From: Eledone cirrhosa
Lineage: Eukaryota
Length of the DNA stretch: 64,000 bases
Reading direction: 5' to 3'
Assembly: GCA_964016885.1 (NCBI GenBank)
Contig: OZ024740.1
Location: 374,046,001 to 374,110,000, forward strand
Below the pieces are notes generated by a model that was not told the DNA's origin, made no database searches, and saw only the letters and a program-made list of their open reading frames with translations. Positions 14,242 to 28,608 of the stretch are shown piece by piece. Numbering within the stretch: the stretch's first letter is position 1; every line of letters begins with the position of its first letter. A program made the position numbers and the translations under genes.

Positions 14242-14245
<4 letters not shown>
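13520..14245 (+). mobile_element. Penelope-like 3' end: endonuclease-tail remnant, T-rich UTR, HHR
   Basis: LNATYNTCRH near 13607-13636 resembles the LN...CRH tail of the ORF at 7312. An HHR follows at 14162-14198, then AATAAA and (TA)n. Confidence 0.55.
14162..14198 (+). ncRNA. Minimal type I hammerhead ribozyme with a canonical core
   Basis: gct-CTGATGA-GTCC tgcaa GGAC-GAAA-C act G-TC-agc, with a GUC cleavage triplet. Confidence 0.85.
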
Positions 14246-14270
<25 letters not shown>

Positions 14271-14274
<4 letters not shown>

Positions 14275-14547
14275 ACATTCCCTTCGTTATATATATATAT
14301 ATATATATAACGAATGGAATGTGGTAAGGAACCAGGTGGACCATAACGTCGGGGTCTTACTGGTTCTTATATATATATATATATATAGGAAAAAGTATGA
14401 CCCCAACGGCAGACCTCAAGCCGTTTCGACGGCTTGAGCTCTGCCGTCGGGTTCATACATATTTCCTATTACCCACTCTACTACCCTAAGTATTGATTAC
14501 TCTGCTGCGTTATGGTCCATCTGGTTCCTTACCACAATTCCTTCGTT
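14271..14547. mobile_element. Family C fold-back element (rearranged cluster)
   Basis: Three pieces (14271-14288, 14309-14368, 14387-14547) separated by (TA)n. They share termini with the other family C copies. Confidence 0.8.
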
Positions 14548-14565
14548 ATATATATATATATATAT

Positions 14566-14784
14566 AAAGGAACGATCGACTTTCGTCAAATCGCACCGAC
14601 GAATCAATGTTTCCGTTGGTCTTTCAAATTGCTAATACTATCTATCGGTCGCAACTCCAGGTAGAAGGAGCAATGTGAAATAAAGTGTCTTGCTCAAGGA
14701 CATAACGCATCGCCCTGTCCAGGAATCGAAATCACAACCTTACGATTGCGAATCCAATTCTCTAACCACTAAGCCACGCGCCTT

Positions 14785-14785
<1 letters not shown>
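14566..14785 (-). mobile_element. tRNA-headed CORE-type SINE
   Basis: The minus strand reads GGCGCGTGGCTTAGTGGTTAGA...TTCGATTCCTGG...TCCTTGAGCAAGACACTTTATTTCAC. A partial copy lies at 49193-49336. Confidence 0.75.
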
Positions 14786-14833
<48 letters not shown>

Positions 14834-15213
14834 TAAGTGCATGTGTACGAAAGAGAGTAAATGAGAGAGAAAGAGAGAGAGAGCGAGAGAGGGGGAGAGA
14901 GGGAGAGAGAGAGGAGGTGGTGAATGACTGACAGTGGAGATATATATTAAATATATATCTTTATGATTTTTTCTCTACATTTATTCCTGCATTTAAACGT
15001 AGTCACGCACACCCATACACAACACACCCCACACGCACATCCATACACACACACACACACACGCAGACGCATACCCACACAGGCGCACAACACACGCTGG
15101 TACATATAACATTTGACTTTACATCATTTATTTACTCCTGCCTTCAGTTAATATTTGTTTTGCTTCGATATTAAGAACAACCATTATTATTAATATTTTT
15201 CTTAGTAGTAGTA

Positions 15214-15250
<37 letters not shown>

Positions 15251-15411
15251 GTATTCCGTGGGAGTGTACATACATTCGTAAATACACTTCTCCCTTCATT
15301 TCTCCCCCGCCCCGTCTCTCATGTATATATATATATATATATGTGTATGTGTGTGCGTGTGTGTGAGTATGTGTGTGTAAATATATATATATGTGTATAT
15401 ATGTGTTTGTT

Positions 15412-15511
<100 letters not shown>

Positions 15512-15934
15512 AACACAGACACAGAAACACATATACTAGTAAATATATGTGTAATATGCGTTTGTGTATTTGCTTATCTGTATGTTTTTCTATATACGAA
15601 CGATTTACTTAAACTGTCCATGTGTAAATGTAGAATTATGGAGTAAGTAATAAATTTAGTTTTGCTTCATTAAAATATCGATATATTTCTAAATATAATA
15701 TACTACAAAAGATATATGTATGTTCAAATATTTGAGTAGTTTGAATAGAGAAAGAAAGTAATGCAGCGACTACTTAGTGAATTGCACTGTGCAGACTAGA
15801 AACTGCTGTTATCTACTGACAAAGACAATTACAAGGAGAAATGCATAGAAAAGAAGAGTGGGGAATAGAGAAATAACTGAATACATATGTATTATATATG
15901 TGTGTGTGTGTGTGTATATATATATGTATCTATC

Positions 15935-15966
<32 letters not shown>

Positions 15967-16011
15967 CATATATATATATATATATATACATATATATATA
16001 CATACCTACAT

Positions 16012-16084
<73 letters not shown>

Positions 16085-16563
16085 CGTGTGTGCGTGTATG
16101 TATGTATGTATATATAAGTATATATATATATATATATGAGATCGAGTGAGATCGGCCTGAAGGAGAAAGTGAGAAGCGGAGTGGGGAAATAGAAAGACAG
16201 TCAGTGAGACAGTTGAGGGAAGATTTCAAAAAAAGACATCGTATAAGAATGAAGGGAGGTAATAAGAAGAAATAGCACATAGCGTAAACATATCGGAAGC
16301 TCTCCATATGTATCTAACTATTTCATACTGTTTCTCACTGCTTCACTCTGTATGTTCAGGTAGTAAAATTTATTGTTAGATCTATAAATAGTTATTTAAG
16401 TCAAAGTAAATTGCAAGCTTATAACGGAATCAATTTATGTACGTCTTCCAATACATTTTACACACAAAACAAAATATGAGGGAGAGCACACATTCACAAA
16501 CACATACACACGCACACACACGCACACGCACACGCTCACCCACACACACACAGATGCACACAG

Positions 16564-16638
<75 letters not shown>

Positions 16639-16674
16639 TATTTTGAAATATATATATATTTATACATACATACA

Positions 16675-16731
<57 letters not shown>

Positions 16732-16939
16732 GGGGGGGGAGAATGAAAAAAGGAAAGAAAAAAAGTAAGGAAATAGAGATACATAGGTAGATAGATGGAT
16801 ATATACTGATTCAGTTAACGTATACTTTATTCTGCCCCACGCGTATTTAGGTCAACGATTTTCTGTGAACAAATTATTCATGTATTTTTCCACAGATGTA
16901 TACTTAAGACTAAATGCAAATTTAAGCTTTCTTCGATGG

Positions 16940-17700
16940 AAAAGAATAATACCGCAGTAATACAGAGAGCATGGTTCAGAACAATGATGAGAGAAGACAT
17001 AACACGCAATAGTAATGCAAACGCTAGCAAGCTAGTCAGAATGAATATGTGTATTTTGGTATTGACTGACATCATATATTACTAAGTGGCTGAGTATTCC
17101 GGAGATACTGGTCTCTTGATCGTGATTTACAAGCCGAATCAGCATGACATGATGACTGATGCAACTTGTACACATCTCGGCTTCAATCAAGAGGTTTTGT
17201 GTCCGCTCTAACCTATGTGTCCTCATCATTTCAAACAGAATATGTCCAGGAAGCGCTACACAATATGTCTAAAAGACTTATTTTCAACCAGTTGCTATTC
17301 CACCTGAGAGAACCTTTTATGCGAGAGTAAAGAGTAGCTTAAAAGACGAACGCAGGCTTCCAATCTATGTCTCAACTGTCTACTTCAACGCTTCCGAAAT
17401 CCAGGGAGAAAATTTGCAACCGCTGCATCAAAACGGAACGAAGATGTTCCCACATAAGCAAAGGCGTGCGGCTTCCAACCTTCAATTGCTGCAGAGATTC
17501 GTTCCAGTAGAATAGACGCAGATCGTAGTTTGTCACAAAATGCAATGCTCCAAAATGGAAGAATTGATGAAAAGGGATGCTCAGTAGGAATCTGGTAGTT
17601 GAATTACACGTACAATTCCATTAAAGGATCCCCACCGTTTTCCTCAATCCAATACAAACACCAAATCACATATACATAGTTCAGAGGTTAGGCAAGTGAA
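16940..17700. pseudogene. Possible decayed Tc1/mariner-type transposase relic
   Basis: Only frameshifted hints: W.EYSGD (like WPxxSPD) on + near 17087 and VIWC...VGSF on - near 17640-17675. Confidence 0.2.
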
Positions 17701-18901
17701 TATCCTTGCATTACTTAAAACATATACAAGGGATACATACGATCGTCTTCTACTTCCTTAAACTATCTGGTCCTATCTATGAGACTATAGAGACACAAAC
17801 ATGATGTCGATAATGATGGCCGGGTCTTTATGAACATAACAGTATCAAAAGATGATAATGTTTATACCGTACATGTCATTAACCCGCTGTAGATTAAGGT
17901 GGATATTATTTTCGATATGAGAATTTTTAATAATGAATTAGTCGTGCAATTAGACAACAAGTTTAGAAAGGATCTGCTTGAAGTATGAGTCGATTCTTAA
18001 CTCTTTACATTCCTGAAACTGCTATTTAGTCTGTCACAGTATTGAAATGTGGTTAAAATATACCACACACCAGGCCATACTACTTGTCAAATGAGAAGTA
18101 TACTGTATGAAATAAAGTGAATGATAGACAATATTTTCTTCCTTTGTATTCCAAACACTAACGACATAAAAAAAAGGATAAGTTGTATAACGTAGTACTG
18201 ATATGAAAGGAAATATCTCCATGCACATGTTAGCAACATTAGTTACATATAACTCTGCATGATTAGTGCCAACTTGGATAAAATGATGAAAGGCAAAGTT
18301 TACCTCTGCGGGATTTGAACTCAGACCATAAAGGGACGTAACTCTTTGTTGCAAAGCATGACAAGAACATCACTATATTGGGCAAGTCTTTTTTATCGTA
18401 AATAATTAGTTGTCCATCCGGACATCGTCCATGCTATATGGAGCTTGAACAAATAAGTGAAAATAAGTTGGAGAAATAGCGAATGTAAAGTGTGACATGT
18501 ATAAAATAGACTTGAAACGTCAGAGCAACTGTTAGACGGTCGGGAAAAGAGGAATACGAAAGAATGTGAATGTGAGGGAGAAAAATAGTTTTATGGGGAG
18601 GGGGGGGAGTGGAATAGAGTATACTAAATGTAACAGTGTATACAGTGTAACATAAAATCTATTCAGATTAGGGAGCGTTGGGAAAAAAAAAGCACTTTCA
18701 CTGTTATACACACAGTGTATAACAGTGAAACTTAGAATAAAATACATTCCTTGTCTGTAAATAGTTAGGTAGGAAAATGTATGTTTATATATATATATAT
18801 GCAGGTACATATATAAATGTATACATGCACACATACCCACACACACACACACACACTCACACACACACACCACACACACACATATATATATATATATATT
18901 T

Positions 18902-19089
18902 AACGAAGGAAATGTGGTAAGGAACCAGATGGACCATAACGCACCAAAGTACTCAACACTTAGGGTAGTAGAGTGGGTAATAGGAACGAGTAGGCCCCGA
19001 CGGCTGAGTTCTAGCCGTTTCGACGGCTAATTCTGGACTGAATTAGCCGTCGAAAAGGCTTGAGCTCAGCCGTCGGGGTGCTACTCGTT

Positions 19090-19092
<3 letters not shown>
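18902..19092. mobile_element. Family C fold-back element
   Basis: (TA)n-AACGAAGG...turn...CGTTCCT-(AT)n, with an 80-nt extension at 18902-18981. Further copies at 20398-20602, 22885-23076, 28698-28813, 48958-49180 and 50145-50337. Confidence 0.85.
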
Positions 19093-19156
<64 letters not shown>

Positions 19157-19450
19157 TTAATAATTGTTTTTACTTTTGGCACAAGGCCAGCAATTACCTA
19201 GTGTTTTACTGGTACTTTATTGTATCGATCGTGTAAGGATGAAAGGCAAAGTTTACCTCTGCGGGATTTGAAATCAGACAATAAAGGGACGTCACTCTTT
19301 GCTGCAAAGCATGGCGCCCGACCCTCTACCGATACTGCCAGTCCACAATAATAATGAATGTGAAAACTAAAATCCAAAGAGGGCATTAATCTGTTATTTT
19401 AATAAATAATATATATATATGATATATATATATATATATATATATATCTA

Positions 19451-19491
<41 letters not shown>

Positions 19492-19498
19492 CTATATA

Positions 19499-19554
<56 letters not shown>

Positions 19555-19845
19555 TAGATAGATAGATATATATATATATATGTATATATATGTATATATA
19601 TATTCTTTATTAAAATAACAGATTAATGCCCTCTTTGGATTTTAGTTTTCACATTCATTGGCAGTATCGGTAGAGGGTCGGACGCTATGCTTTGACGTAT
19701 AGAGTTACGGCCCTTGCCATTCTGAGGTCAAATCCCGCCGAGGTTAACTTTGCCTTTCATCCTTACGGGGGTCGATAAAATAAAGTACCAGTAATACACT
19801 GGGTAATTGCTGGCCTTGTGCCTAATGTAGAAAGGAATATTATTA

Positions 19846-19895
<50 letters not shown>

Positions 19896-19996
19896 ATGTG
19901 TGTGTGTGTGTGTGTGCGTGCGTGTGTGTGTGTGTGTGTGTGTGCGTATGTGTGTGTATTTGTGTTGTGTCGCGGGAAATCATAATTTGTCTGAAG

Positions 19997-20041
<45 letters not shown>

Positions 20042-20279
20042 GATAACAAGTCCCAGGGGTAAATAATGTATTGGAGATTGAGTGACGCAACTTCAAGCGA
20101 TTAGTGACCTCTAGACTCACATGATCAATGAAACAATTGTCAGTACTTGAAATAAAGCTCCTTATTGATTGCAGTTCCTCAGTGAAATAACAACCCAATC
20201 TGGAACTGGGCATATGAGAGTATTGACAAAATTATACACCTCAACAACATATGTACTTGTTTCTACCACACTAATTCGG

Positions 20280-20334
20280 ACTGCCTGAAGAGGTCACAGC
20301 CAAAGATGGCTGTCACCGAAATATATATAGCAGT
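20280..20334 (+). ncRNA. Type I hammerhead ribozyme (family B, copy 2)
   Basis: actgc-CTGAAGA-ggtcacagcc aaagat ggctgtcacc-GAAA-TATATA-TA-gcagt. The ribozyme looks better conserved than the sequence around it. Confidence 0.8.
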
Positions 20335-21138
20335 AATAAACGAAGCTACATTTTAAACAATTGACTTTTTATTTTACTTTATTTTATGTATATATATAAC
20401 GAAGGAAATGTGGTAAGGAACCAGGAGGACCATAACGCACCAAAGTACTCAATACTTAGGGTAGTAGAGTGGGTAATAGGAACGAGTAGGACCCCGACGG
20501 CTGAGCTCAAGCCGTTTCGACGGCTAATTCTGGACTAAATTTTAGTCCAGAATTAGACGTCGAAACGGCTTGAGCTCAGCCGTCGTGGTCCTACTCGTTC
20601 CTATATATATGTAACAATATTTTCGAAACAGCGAGTGGATTTGAAATTATTAGAAATGTTAGCTATCGCCGTATTTTGACTAAAGAAAGTAAAGAAATTA
20701 TTTAGCCTGATAGTATATATATATATATGTGTTTCTACTTTAGGCACAAGGCCAGCAATAATCCAGTTCATTACTGGTACTTTATTTTATCGACCCCGTA
20801 AGGATGAAAGGCAAAGTCAACCTCGGCGGGATTTGAACTCAGATCGTAAAGGGACGTAAGTATGCTGGAAAGCATGGCGTCCGACCCTCTACCGAATTGA
20901 TAGACAGTCATGTAAACAATTGTTTGTGTTGAAAGGTGTGTGGTAGAGATTATGTCTATCTTGCCTCTGTAAATAGAAACAATTAATGAAATGTTAACGG
21001 TGATTTACGTATGTGTGCGCCAGGTGCTACAAAATCGATTGCTTTTCAAAAGGCCATAAGATTCACTAGATTTTTTTCAGTGATTTTTATCTTGTCCCGT
21101 TACTGCGATCCTGGTGATATGGCAGCACAGTTTCTTAT

Positions 21139-21263
<125 letters not shown>

Positions 21264-21453
21264 AACGTTTGAATATGTGTAATAAGGCCAAGACAATGCA
21301 GGTATGGACATAGAAAAAAGAATGCAATAGTGAAAGATATTGATGTGAATTCGTCTTTCACCTTGAATTTATTTAAATGTCCTTAATTTTCGAGATAATA
21401 TCTCTTCTTCGGAGGGAAGTAAAGGTCTCAAACCAGCGTCTTTAACTCTCTAG

Positions 21454-21756
<303 letters not shown>

Positions 21757-21757
21757 C

Positions 21758-21985
21758 GAGGCATGTGGCCTAGTGGTAAGAGTTTTGGACGTACGATCAT
21801 AATGTCACGGGTTCGATTCCTGGGTTGCGTGTTATGTTCTTGAGCAAAACACTTCATTTCACGTTGCTCCAGTATACTCAGCTGAAAATGAGTACCTGTC
21901 CATGCGGGAGTCTTCTACTCTCAGTCGCTTCACGCCATGAAACCGAGATAAGCACCGGCCAAATTAGCCTTCTGGCTTAAGATAG
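21758..21985 (+). mobile_element. tRNA-headed CORE-type SINE
   Basis: GGCATGTGGCCTAGTGGTAAG (A box), GGTTCGATTCC (B box), TTCTTGAGCAAAACACTTCATTTCAC. A close relative lies at about 63520-63790(-). Related elements with different tails lie at 45668-45922(-) and 50545-50805(-). Confidence 0.8.
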
Positions 21986-22020
21986 ATATATATATATATA
22001 TATACACATATATATAATAT

Positions 22021-22385
22021 TATATAGAAATAAACACACAAAGAAGTGTGTTTAGAATTACATGGGTTGAAAAACCACTTTGGTGCAATGGATATATATA
22101 ATCTAAATGTGAATTAAAATGTACTATCCGTTTAATAATTATTGTAGCGGTTAGTACATTTTAATTCACCTTTTCCGGTTATTATGTATTTTCCGTTTGT
22201 TCATAGATTATATCAATTACACCAAAGTGGCTTTTCAACCCATGTAATTCTGAATACACTTATTTGTGTGTTTATTTCTATATATTGTATTATAAAGAGC
22301 TTAGTTTTTGTACTTTGAGATAATAAATTACAGGCTATTAATGCACGTTTTTAACATTGCTTTTCATTCGTGTATGTTTATTTAT
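22021..22385. mobile_element. Family E fold-back element in (TA)n
   Basis: Diverged arms at about 22021-22122 and 22152-22284, with a right extension of about 100 nt. No HHR was seen. Confidence 0.7.
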
Positions 22386-22392
22386 ATATTTA

Positions 22393-22831
22393 TATAAGCA
22401 AAGTGATATTTAATTTGTTGGTAATTCAACAACTATTTTTATAACAGATTTATAACAGATTCGAAGCACTCGACAAGTTTTCTGGAGTATAATATCAATG
22501 ATATTAATAAATGGAAACTATATTTATAAAACCATATTTATTATATTACATATATTTCAAGGGGACAAACACTTTGGTATGCACTCATCAGATTAAATAC
22601 AAAGTTTGTTTTATAAATATTGACATATCCAGGAATGAGATCTTAACGGTTCAAGTTTCACGGTGAAACTTTAAGAGATAAGGTCTAATTCCTGGATATG
22701 TCAATATTAATAAAACAAAATGTGTATTTTATCTGATGAGCGCGTACCAAAGTTTTGGTATCCTTGAAATATATATCATAGAATAAATATGGTTTTATAA
22801 ACATAGTTTCCATTTATTAATATTATTGATA

Positions 22832-22832
<1 letters not shown>
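22393..22832. mobile_element. Family F fold-back element with an HHR in both arms
   Basis: Arms at 22492-22645 and 22679-22832, left extension 22393-22491. A further single-arm copy lies at 26414-26645. Confidence 0.8.
22725..22785 (+). ncRNA. Type I hammerhead ribozyme (family F; mirror copy at 22541-22600 on -)
   Basis: tattttat-CTGATGA-...taccaaa gt tttggta...-GAAA-TATATA-TC-atagaata. Confidence 0.7.
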
Positions 22833-22887
<55 letters not shown>

Positions 22888-23074
22888 CATGTTTAACCGC
22901 GAGGGCAGAGCTCAAGCCGTTTCGACGGCTATTTCTGGACTCCAGAAATAGCCGTCGAAACGGCTTGAGCTCTGCCTTCAGGGTTAACATTTTCCTATTA
23001 CCCACTCTACTACCCTAAGTATTGAGTACACTGGTGTGTTATTATCCATCTGGTTATTTACCAAACTTCCTTCG

Positions 23075-23114
<40 letters not shown>

Positions 23115-23130
23115 TTATATATATATATAT

Positions 23131-23415
23131 GTTAATTGAACAAGTACTTTCATGCTTTCGCAATTTTCGGGTTCATATTCAGTGGTGACAGTCAAGTTTG
23201 CAATTTTTACAGTTGAAAATAGCAAACTTGACTGTCACCACTGAATATGAACCCGAAGATTGCGAAAGCAGGAAAGTACTTGTTCAATTAACACTTAACA
23301 TTTCAAATTCTACCATACTATTTCATTATAATATCATTATAATTTTATAGGATTGTAAATAAAACGAGTAAATCAGACAAAGTTGTAATTCCTTTTATTA
23401 ATATAATCTTCTATA
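23131..23415. mobile_element. Family G fold-back element in (TA)n
   Basis: Near-perfect 71-bp arms at 23131-23201 and 23222-23292, with a right extension of about 120 nt. Only a weak CTGAATA...GAAA relic is present. Confidence 0.75.
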
Positions 23416-24869
23416 CACAATTATACACACCCGTGTATATTTATTTACCTATATATATGTATATATATATATAGGGGGGGGGGGGGCGTGCAAGTAATCG
23501 TGTGTATTTATGTATACATAATTACACACATTTGATTATATATATATATATATATATTGTTATGCTTTGGGTGGGTCATGTTGCCAATAATGGTCATGTT
23601 GCTATATATATATATATATATAAATACATATATATATAATTATTTCAAATGGAAAACTAATGTTGTTACTCAAATTCCATCTGTAGTCTCTATAATTATT
23701 TCTATGGGGCTAAATAAAGCTCCAGTATCAATTATTGGTAATTGAATAATAATTGTTCATACTTAATGCACTGGTACTTTAATTTATCGACCCCGTAAGG
23801 ATGAAAGGCAAAGTCAACCTCGGCGGGATTTGAACTCAGATCGTTAAGGGACGTAACTATGCTGGAAAGCATAGTGTCCGACCCTCTACCGATACTGCCA
23901 ATCTACCGTAAGTGAATAATAATAATATTATAACAATATAATTAATAGTCGGTTCGTTTGCAAGCATATATCCCCAAAATACCATGTGTGTTTTCTAAAC
24001 AACTAATGTTAAATTATTTAAAACAGTGTGCTCAGCGTTGTGGATTGGCAATATCGGTAAATTGTAGGACGTTACACTTCGTGGCATTGAGTTACATCCC
24101 TTTACGATCTGAGTTCAAATCACACTGAAGATAATTAAGCCTTTTATCCTAACGGGGTCGATAAAATAAATCACCAGTAAGCTATTGGGGTCAATTTAAT
24201 TGACTTTCCCTTCCCCTTCAAATTGGTGTCCTTGTGCCTAAATCAGAAACCATTATTATTATTATCAGTGTTGTTGTTGTCGTTGTTGTTATGTTGCAGA
24301 TACATTTAAAAATTACTGTGTAAGATATATCGTTACAACGCCTAATAGGCCTTTCGACATATCGACTTTGGTATATGTTTTTGTGTGTGTGTGTGTCTGT
24401 GTGTGTGTGGGTGTGCGCTTGTGCTAATATAGGTTATTTAGTATTCATTGGCGCAATATATAACAACCCCTTCCCATGTGAATAGATTTGTGGTGCAGTA
24501 TTGGTAAAAGGTCGGACGCCATGCGTTGCAGCATAGACATAAGCCCCTTTACATTCTGAGTGCAAATCCCGACGAGGTTAACTTTGCCTTTCATCCTTAC
24601 GGGTCAATACAATAAAGTACCAGTAATGCACTGGGGTAATTGCTGGCATTGTACCAAAAGTAGAAACAATTATTTTGAGTTTGTGTGTGTGTGTATTTGT
24701 TGTTTGTAAATTTATGATTGCCCGGTTCAAATATTCATTGTTATTTCTGTGACTCCAGGGGACCCCATTTGCTCACCATACGGAGAGATGGGGCAGGCGA
24801 GAGAGATGGACGTGATGACAGTGGGAGTTCGGCTGTTCTTTCATATTTACTTAGGGTCCTATTTTCTAT

Positions 24870-24939
<70 letters not shown>

Positions 24940-25938
24940 CATAAAAGAGAAGAAGCCAGGTAAGCAGATGAAGAGACTAACAGTCAGTCGTTAATTGCAT
25001 AAACATTGTTGTTTTTAATTGAGACCAAGCGAGAGTATGTTATCATAAACTTTCTGTTCGTCAAATTGATCGATAACATTAGTAACGTTGTGGACATGAT
25101 AGACAAAATCCTTGAAGGCACTATTCTGTCATAGCCCCAATCCAATAACTGAAACAAGTACTACACACACAGATCCACAGACACATATATGAAGAAATAT
25201 ATACACAAATATATTACATAATATGGTTACGTTCTCGAGGTAATCCATATTGGAACGACAAGGGAACGGATAAAGATGATGTTTTTGAAGCCTTCATCCA
25301 CGCCCTCGTGAGGCCTAAACAACTTCCTTAGCCTTGCCGAGGCGCAAATGTGAAGGAAGTTAACCATTTATCTACTACCCATGGCACACCAGACCTAGCT
25401 TAGGGAAGCCTCTACCCAAACCAATCCCCGCCATTCACGCCTGTGAGGTGACACCGTCACAGTGTTCCAGACAGCTACTAAATTATAGCATACTTCTAGT
25501 CCAACGTCCAGCAGCAGCCGACCAGAGCCCTGTGGTAATGTAAATATTCAACTACAATCCCTATTTATGTGTGAACAATATAATTAAGTGCCAAGGGAAT
25601 AAAATCTTATGGTTTCACAATTGAAATTAAAATCAGTAATAGTGTTGAAATTTGGAAATTGAAAATCCAAAGTCAAAACTTTGAACTTCAGAATCATTGA
25701 TTGAAGTTAATAAAAAAAATGTGTGTAAATTATAATTATAAATGAAGGGAGGATCAATATCGGATATTAAAAATACATTATCCATTTATTGAGCGATAGT
25801 ACCGTAACCTTATTATGTAATAGGGATTGTCTGATAAGAGACTGACACTGTTTAAGCGGAATCGCGTAGCCACTGTCATCATTGAAATATATATCACAGA
25901 CTTATCAATAAAGGACATTAACATCTGCAGATACTTCG

Positions 25939-26024
<86 letters not shown>

Positions 26025-26441
26025 ATAGCATAATGAACATTATATTTACAATTTGAGTATCCATCCGTGGAAAAGCTCATTTCGTCGCTCGCACTTCCTT
26101 AAATTTTCTTCACTATCACTCTGCATAATCTTGTCTCTCTTTCTTTCTCCCTTTTTTATCACCCTTTTTTCTTTCTTCTCTCTCTTTCTCTTTTTTTTTC
26201 TCTCTCCATTTAACTATTCTTTCTCTCTCCCTTTCAATATGTTTTCTCTCTCCCTTTCACTAGTTTCTTCCAACAGTTTAATTTAAATAAACCGTTGTTT
26301 TTTCAATTTTTCTGACACTCATTTGCATACTTACTCATAATTTTGAATCGCCATCAATTAAAATCTGTTCCACTATCCAGCGAACCTCAACCGTTAAGGT
26401 TGTCTTTCTGCGGGTATGTCAATATTTATAAAACAAATTTG

Positions 26442-26507
26442 TATTTTATCTGATGAAAGCGCACCAAAATGTGCATTGGTTGCCCTTGAAATATATATAA
26501 TAAAATA
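26442..26507 (+). ncRNA. Type I hammerhead ribozyme (family F, additional copy)
   Basis: Stem I TATTTTAT/ATAAAATA (8/8 bp), CTGATGA (26450-26456), GAAA (26488-26491), TATATA-TA. Confidence 0.7.
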
Positions 26508-26640
26508 ATTATGTTTTTATAAATATAGTTCCATTTATTAATATATTGAATATTTACTCACCTAAACTTTTGTGTGCTTTATATCAGTTTTAAACATTTT
26601 AAAGCTTGTTGAATCCCAACAAATTAAATATAACATCTGC

Positions 26641-26678
<38 letters not shown>

Positions 26679-26806
26679 GTGAGGTTTTTTTTACAAAATG
26701 AAAAAATAATCGAGGTGTCCTACACGAGTGAAAGTATAAAGAAAAAGAGATGAAATCGAAAATGCAACTGGAGTCTTATTTTTTTTTTAAATATATTTAT
26801 TTGGTT

Positions 26807-26844
26807 CCTTTACCGGTTTCGCAGTTCTTCTGCTTTTCAAAAGG
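26807..26844 (-). ncRNA. Minimal hammerhead with a U3-A8 covariant core
   Basis: The minus strand reads cctt-TTGAAAA-GCAG aagaa CTGC-GAAA-CCGG-TA-aagg. Confidence 0.65.
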
Positions 26845-26902
26845 TGAGTTGAGATGGAGGGTCTGTGGTTTTTCTCACATCATATATATATATATACATA
26901 TA

Positions 26903-27365
26903 TATTTTGCAATACACTGTATGCTTTATTAAAAACATTTTGACGACCTTACGCTATTGTTTTAAAGTAGTGACTATGTCACTTCTTTTTCAATAAGCAA
27001 AGGGAGATAAGCTGACATATCTCTGTTTCATACTCTTGATATTCCTCAGCACACCCCTTGTTTGTTGAACATTATTAATGTTGGATTCATATAGAATTCG
27101 AGTAATAATCAGGAATTGATAAATCAGAGCGGTTGCCGGTCCAGCAAAAATTGAACATTATAATTGGTGCTCTGAAATAGCGATATATATATATGAATGT
27201 ATATATAGTGTATTTTGCAATACACTGTATGCTTAATTAAAACCATTTTGAAGACCTTACGCTATTGTTTTAAAGTAGTGATTGTGTCACTTACTTCTTT
27301 TTTCAACAAACAAAGGGAGATAAGCTGACATATATCTGTTTCATACTGTTGGTTGGTATTCCTCA

Positions 27366-27366
<1 letters not shown>
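26903..27366. repeat. Direct repeat of about 150 bp (26903-27050 and 27211-27366)
   Basis: TATTTTGCAATACACTGTATGC...ATATTCCTCAG occurs twice, next to the minus-strand HHR. This fits a partial-tandem pseudo-LTR. Confidence 0.75.
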
Positions 27367-27461
<95 letters not shown>

Positions 27462-27926
27462 GAGAGAGAGAGAGAGCGGAGGGAGATTAACATTAGCATT
27501 GAAGATAACGTTTTCAGGGTTTTTTCGTAAATATGTAATTGGATCTCGAGACGATAGATATGTTTATGAAGAATTCTATGTCTGCGGGCTTATTATTTTC
27601 TTATTTTCTTGTTTCTTATTTTCTTTTTAAAATATTGGTGTATTCCGTTCATGTATCTCTTGTTGTTTCCGTTTTACAATGTTTTGAATTTTTCAAAATA
27701 TTCTATAGAAATCAAAAACTTAAGAAATTATCCCCTCGAGGTATTATACTATAAAATGTTCACACGCTTTGCTGAAAGTAGGGACCAAACATCCATCAAT
27801 AAAATGTTTTATATGTACGAAACCACAAAAATGATTCTATATGATCGTTCCATTTGCTAAAAGTAAGCCATACCATACTTTATTCTGTTACAATTTACAG
27901 GGTGTTTATGTGTGTTTCTCTGCATC

Positions 27927-28042
<116 letters not shown>

Positions 28043-28176
28043 ATACCCTTTATTATTTCCTTACCTTATAAAATTATGTTTTTTCACAAAAAAGTATTCT
28101 GTCTCTTATATATTCCATGTGCCATTACCAACCTCAATTTTCTCTATAACCTTCGTTTTGTGTAGAAAATTACACT

Positions 28177-28228
<52 letters not shown>

Positions 28229-28440
28229 CGATGCATAGAAACACATATATACATATATATATATATATATATATGTATCTACAATAGCACATGGACAGAC
28301 AAACACACACTCGCACACTTATTTTTGAACTTTGCTCCATCCTGTCCCCGCTCTTTCACCGGGGTGTCTCTGGTGGATGCTGTATCTATCTATATATATA
28401 TATACATGTCTGTGTGTGTGTGTGTGTATGTGTGTGTGTG

Positions 28441-28608
28441 TCCCGGGTTCAACCGGGATAAACCACAGTAAGTAAGTTACTCAATACATTGCAGAGTATA
28501 AATATATAATATAGAAATGGGTTCTACAGGACTAGAACTGTTTCATTCGTGATGATTTCCTCCGGATGAAACAGTTCAAGTCTTGTAGAAACCATTTCTA
28601 TATTATAT
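28441..28608. mobile_element. Family I fold-back element
   Basis: Arms at 28503-28546 and 28566-28608, left extension about 60 nt. The turn contains TGATGA-ttTCC tcc GGA t-GAAAC. A second copy lies at 45481-45605. Confidence 0.7.

Noticed and set aside
21758-21830. tRNA-like sequences with A and B boxes
   Set aside because: They are SINE heads that continue into SINE bodies and do not form a full cloverleaf.
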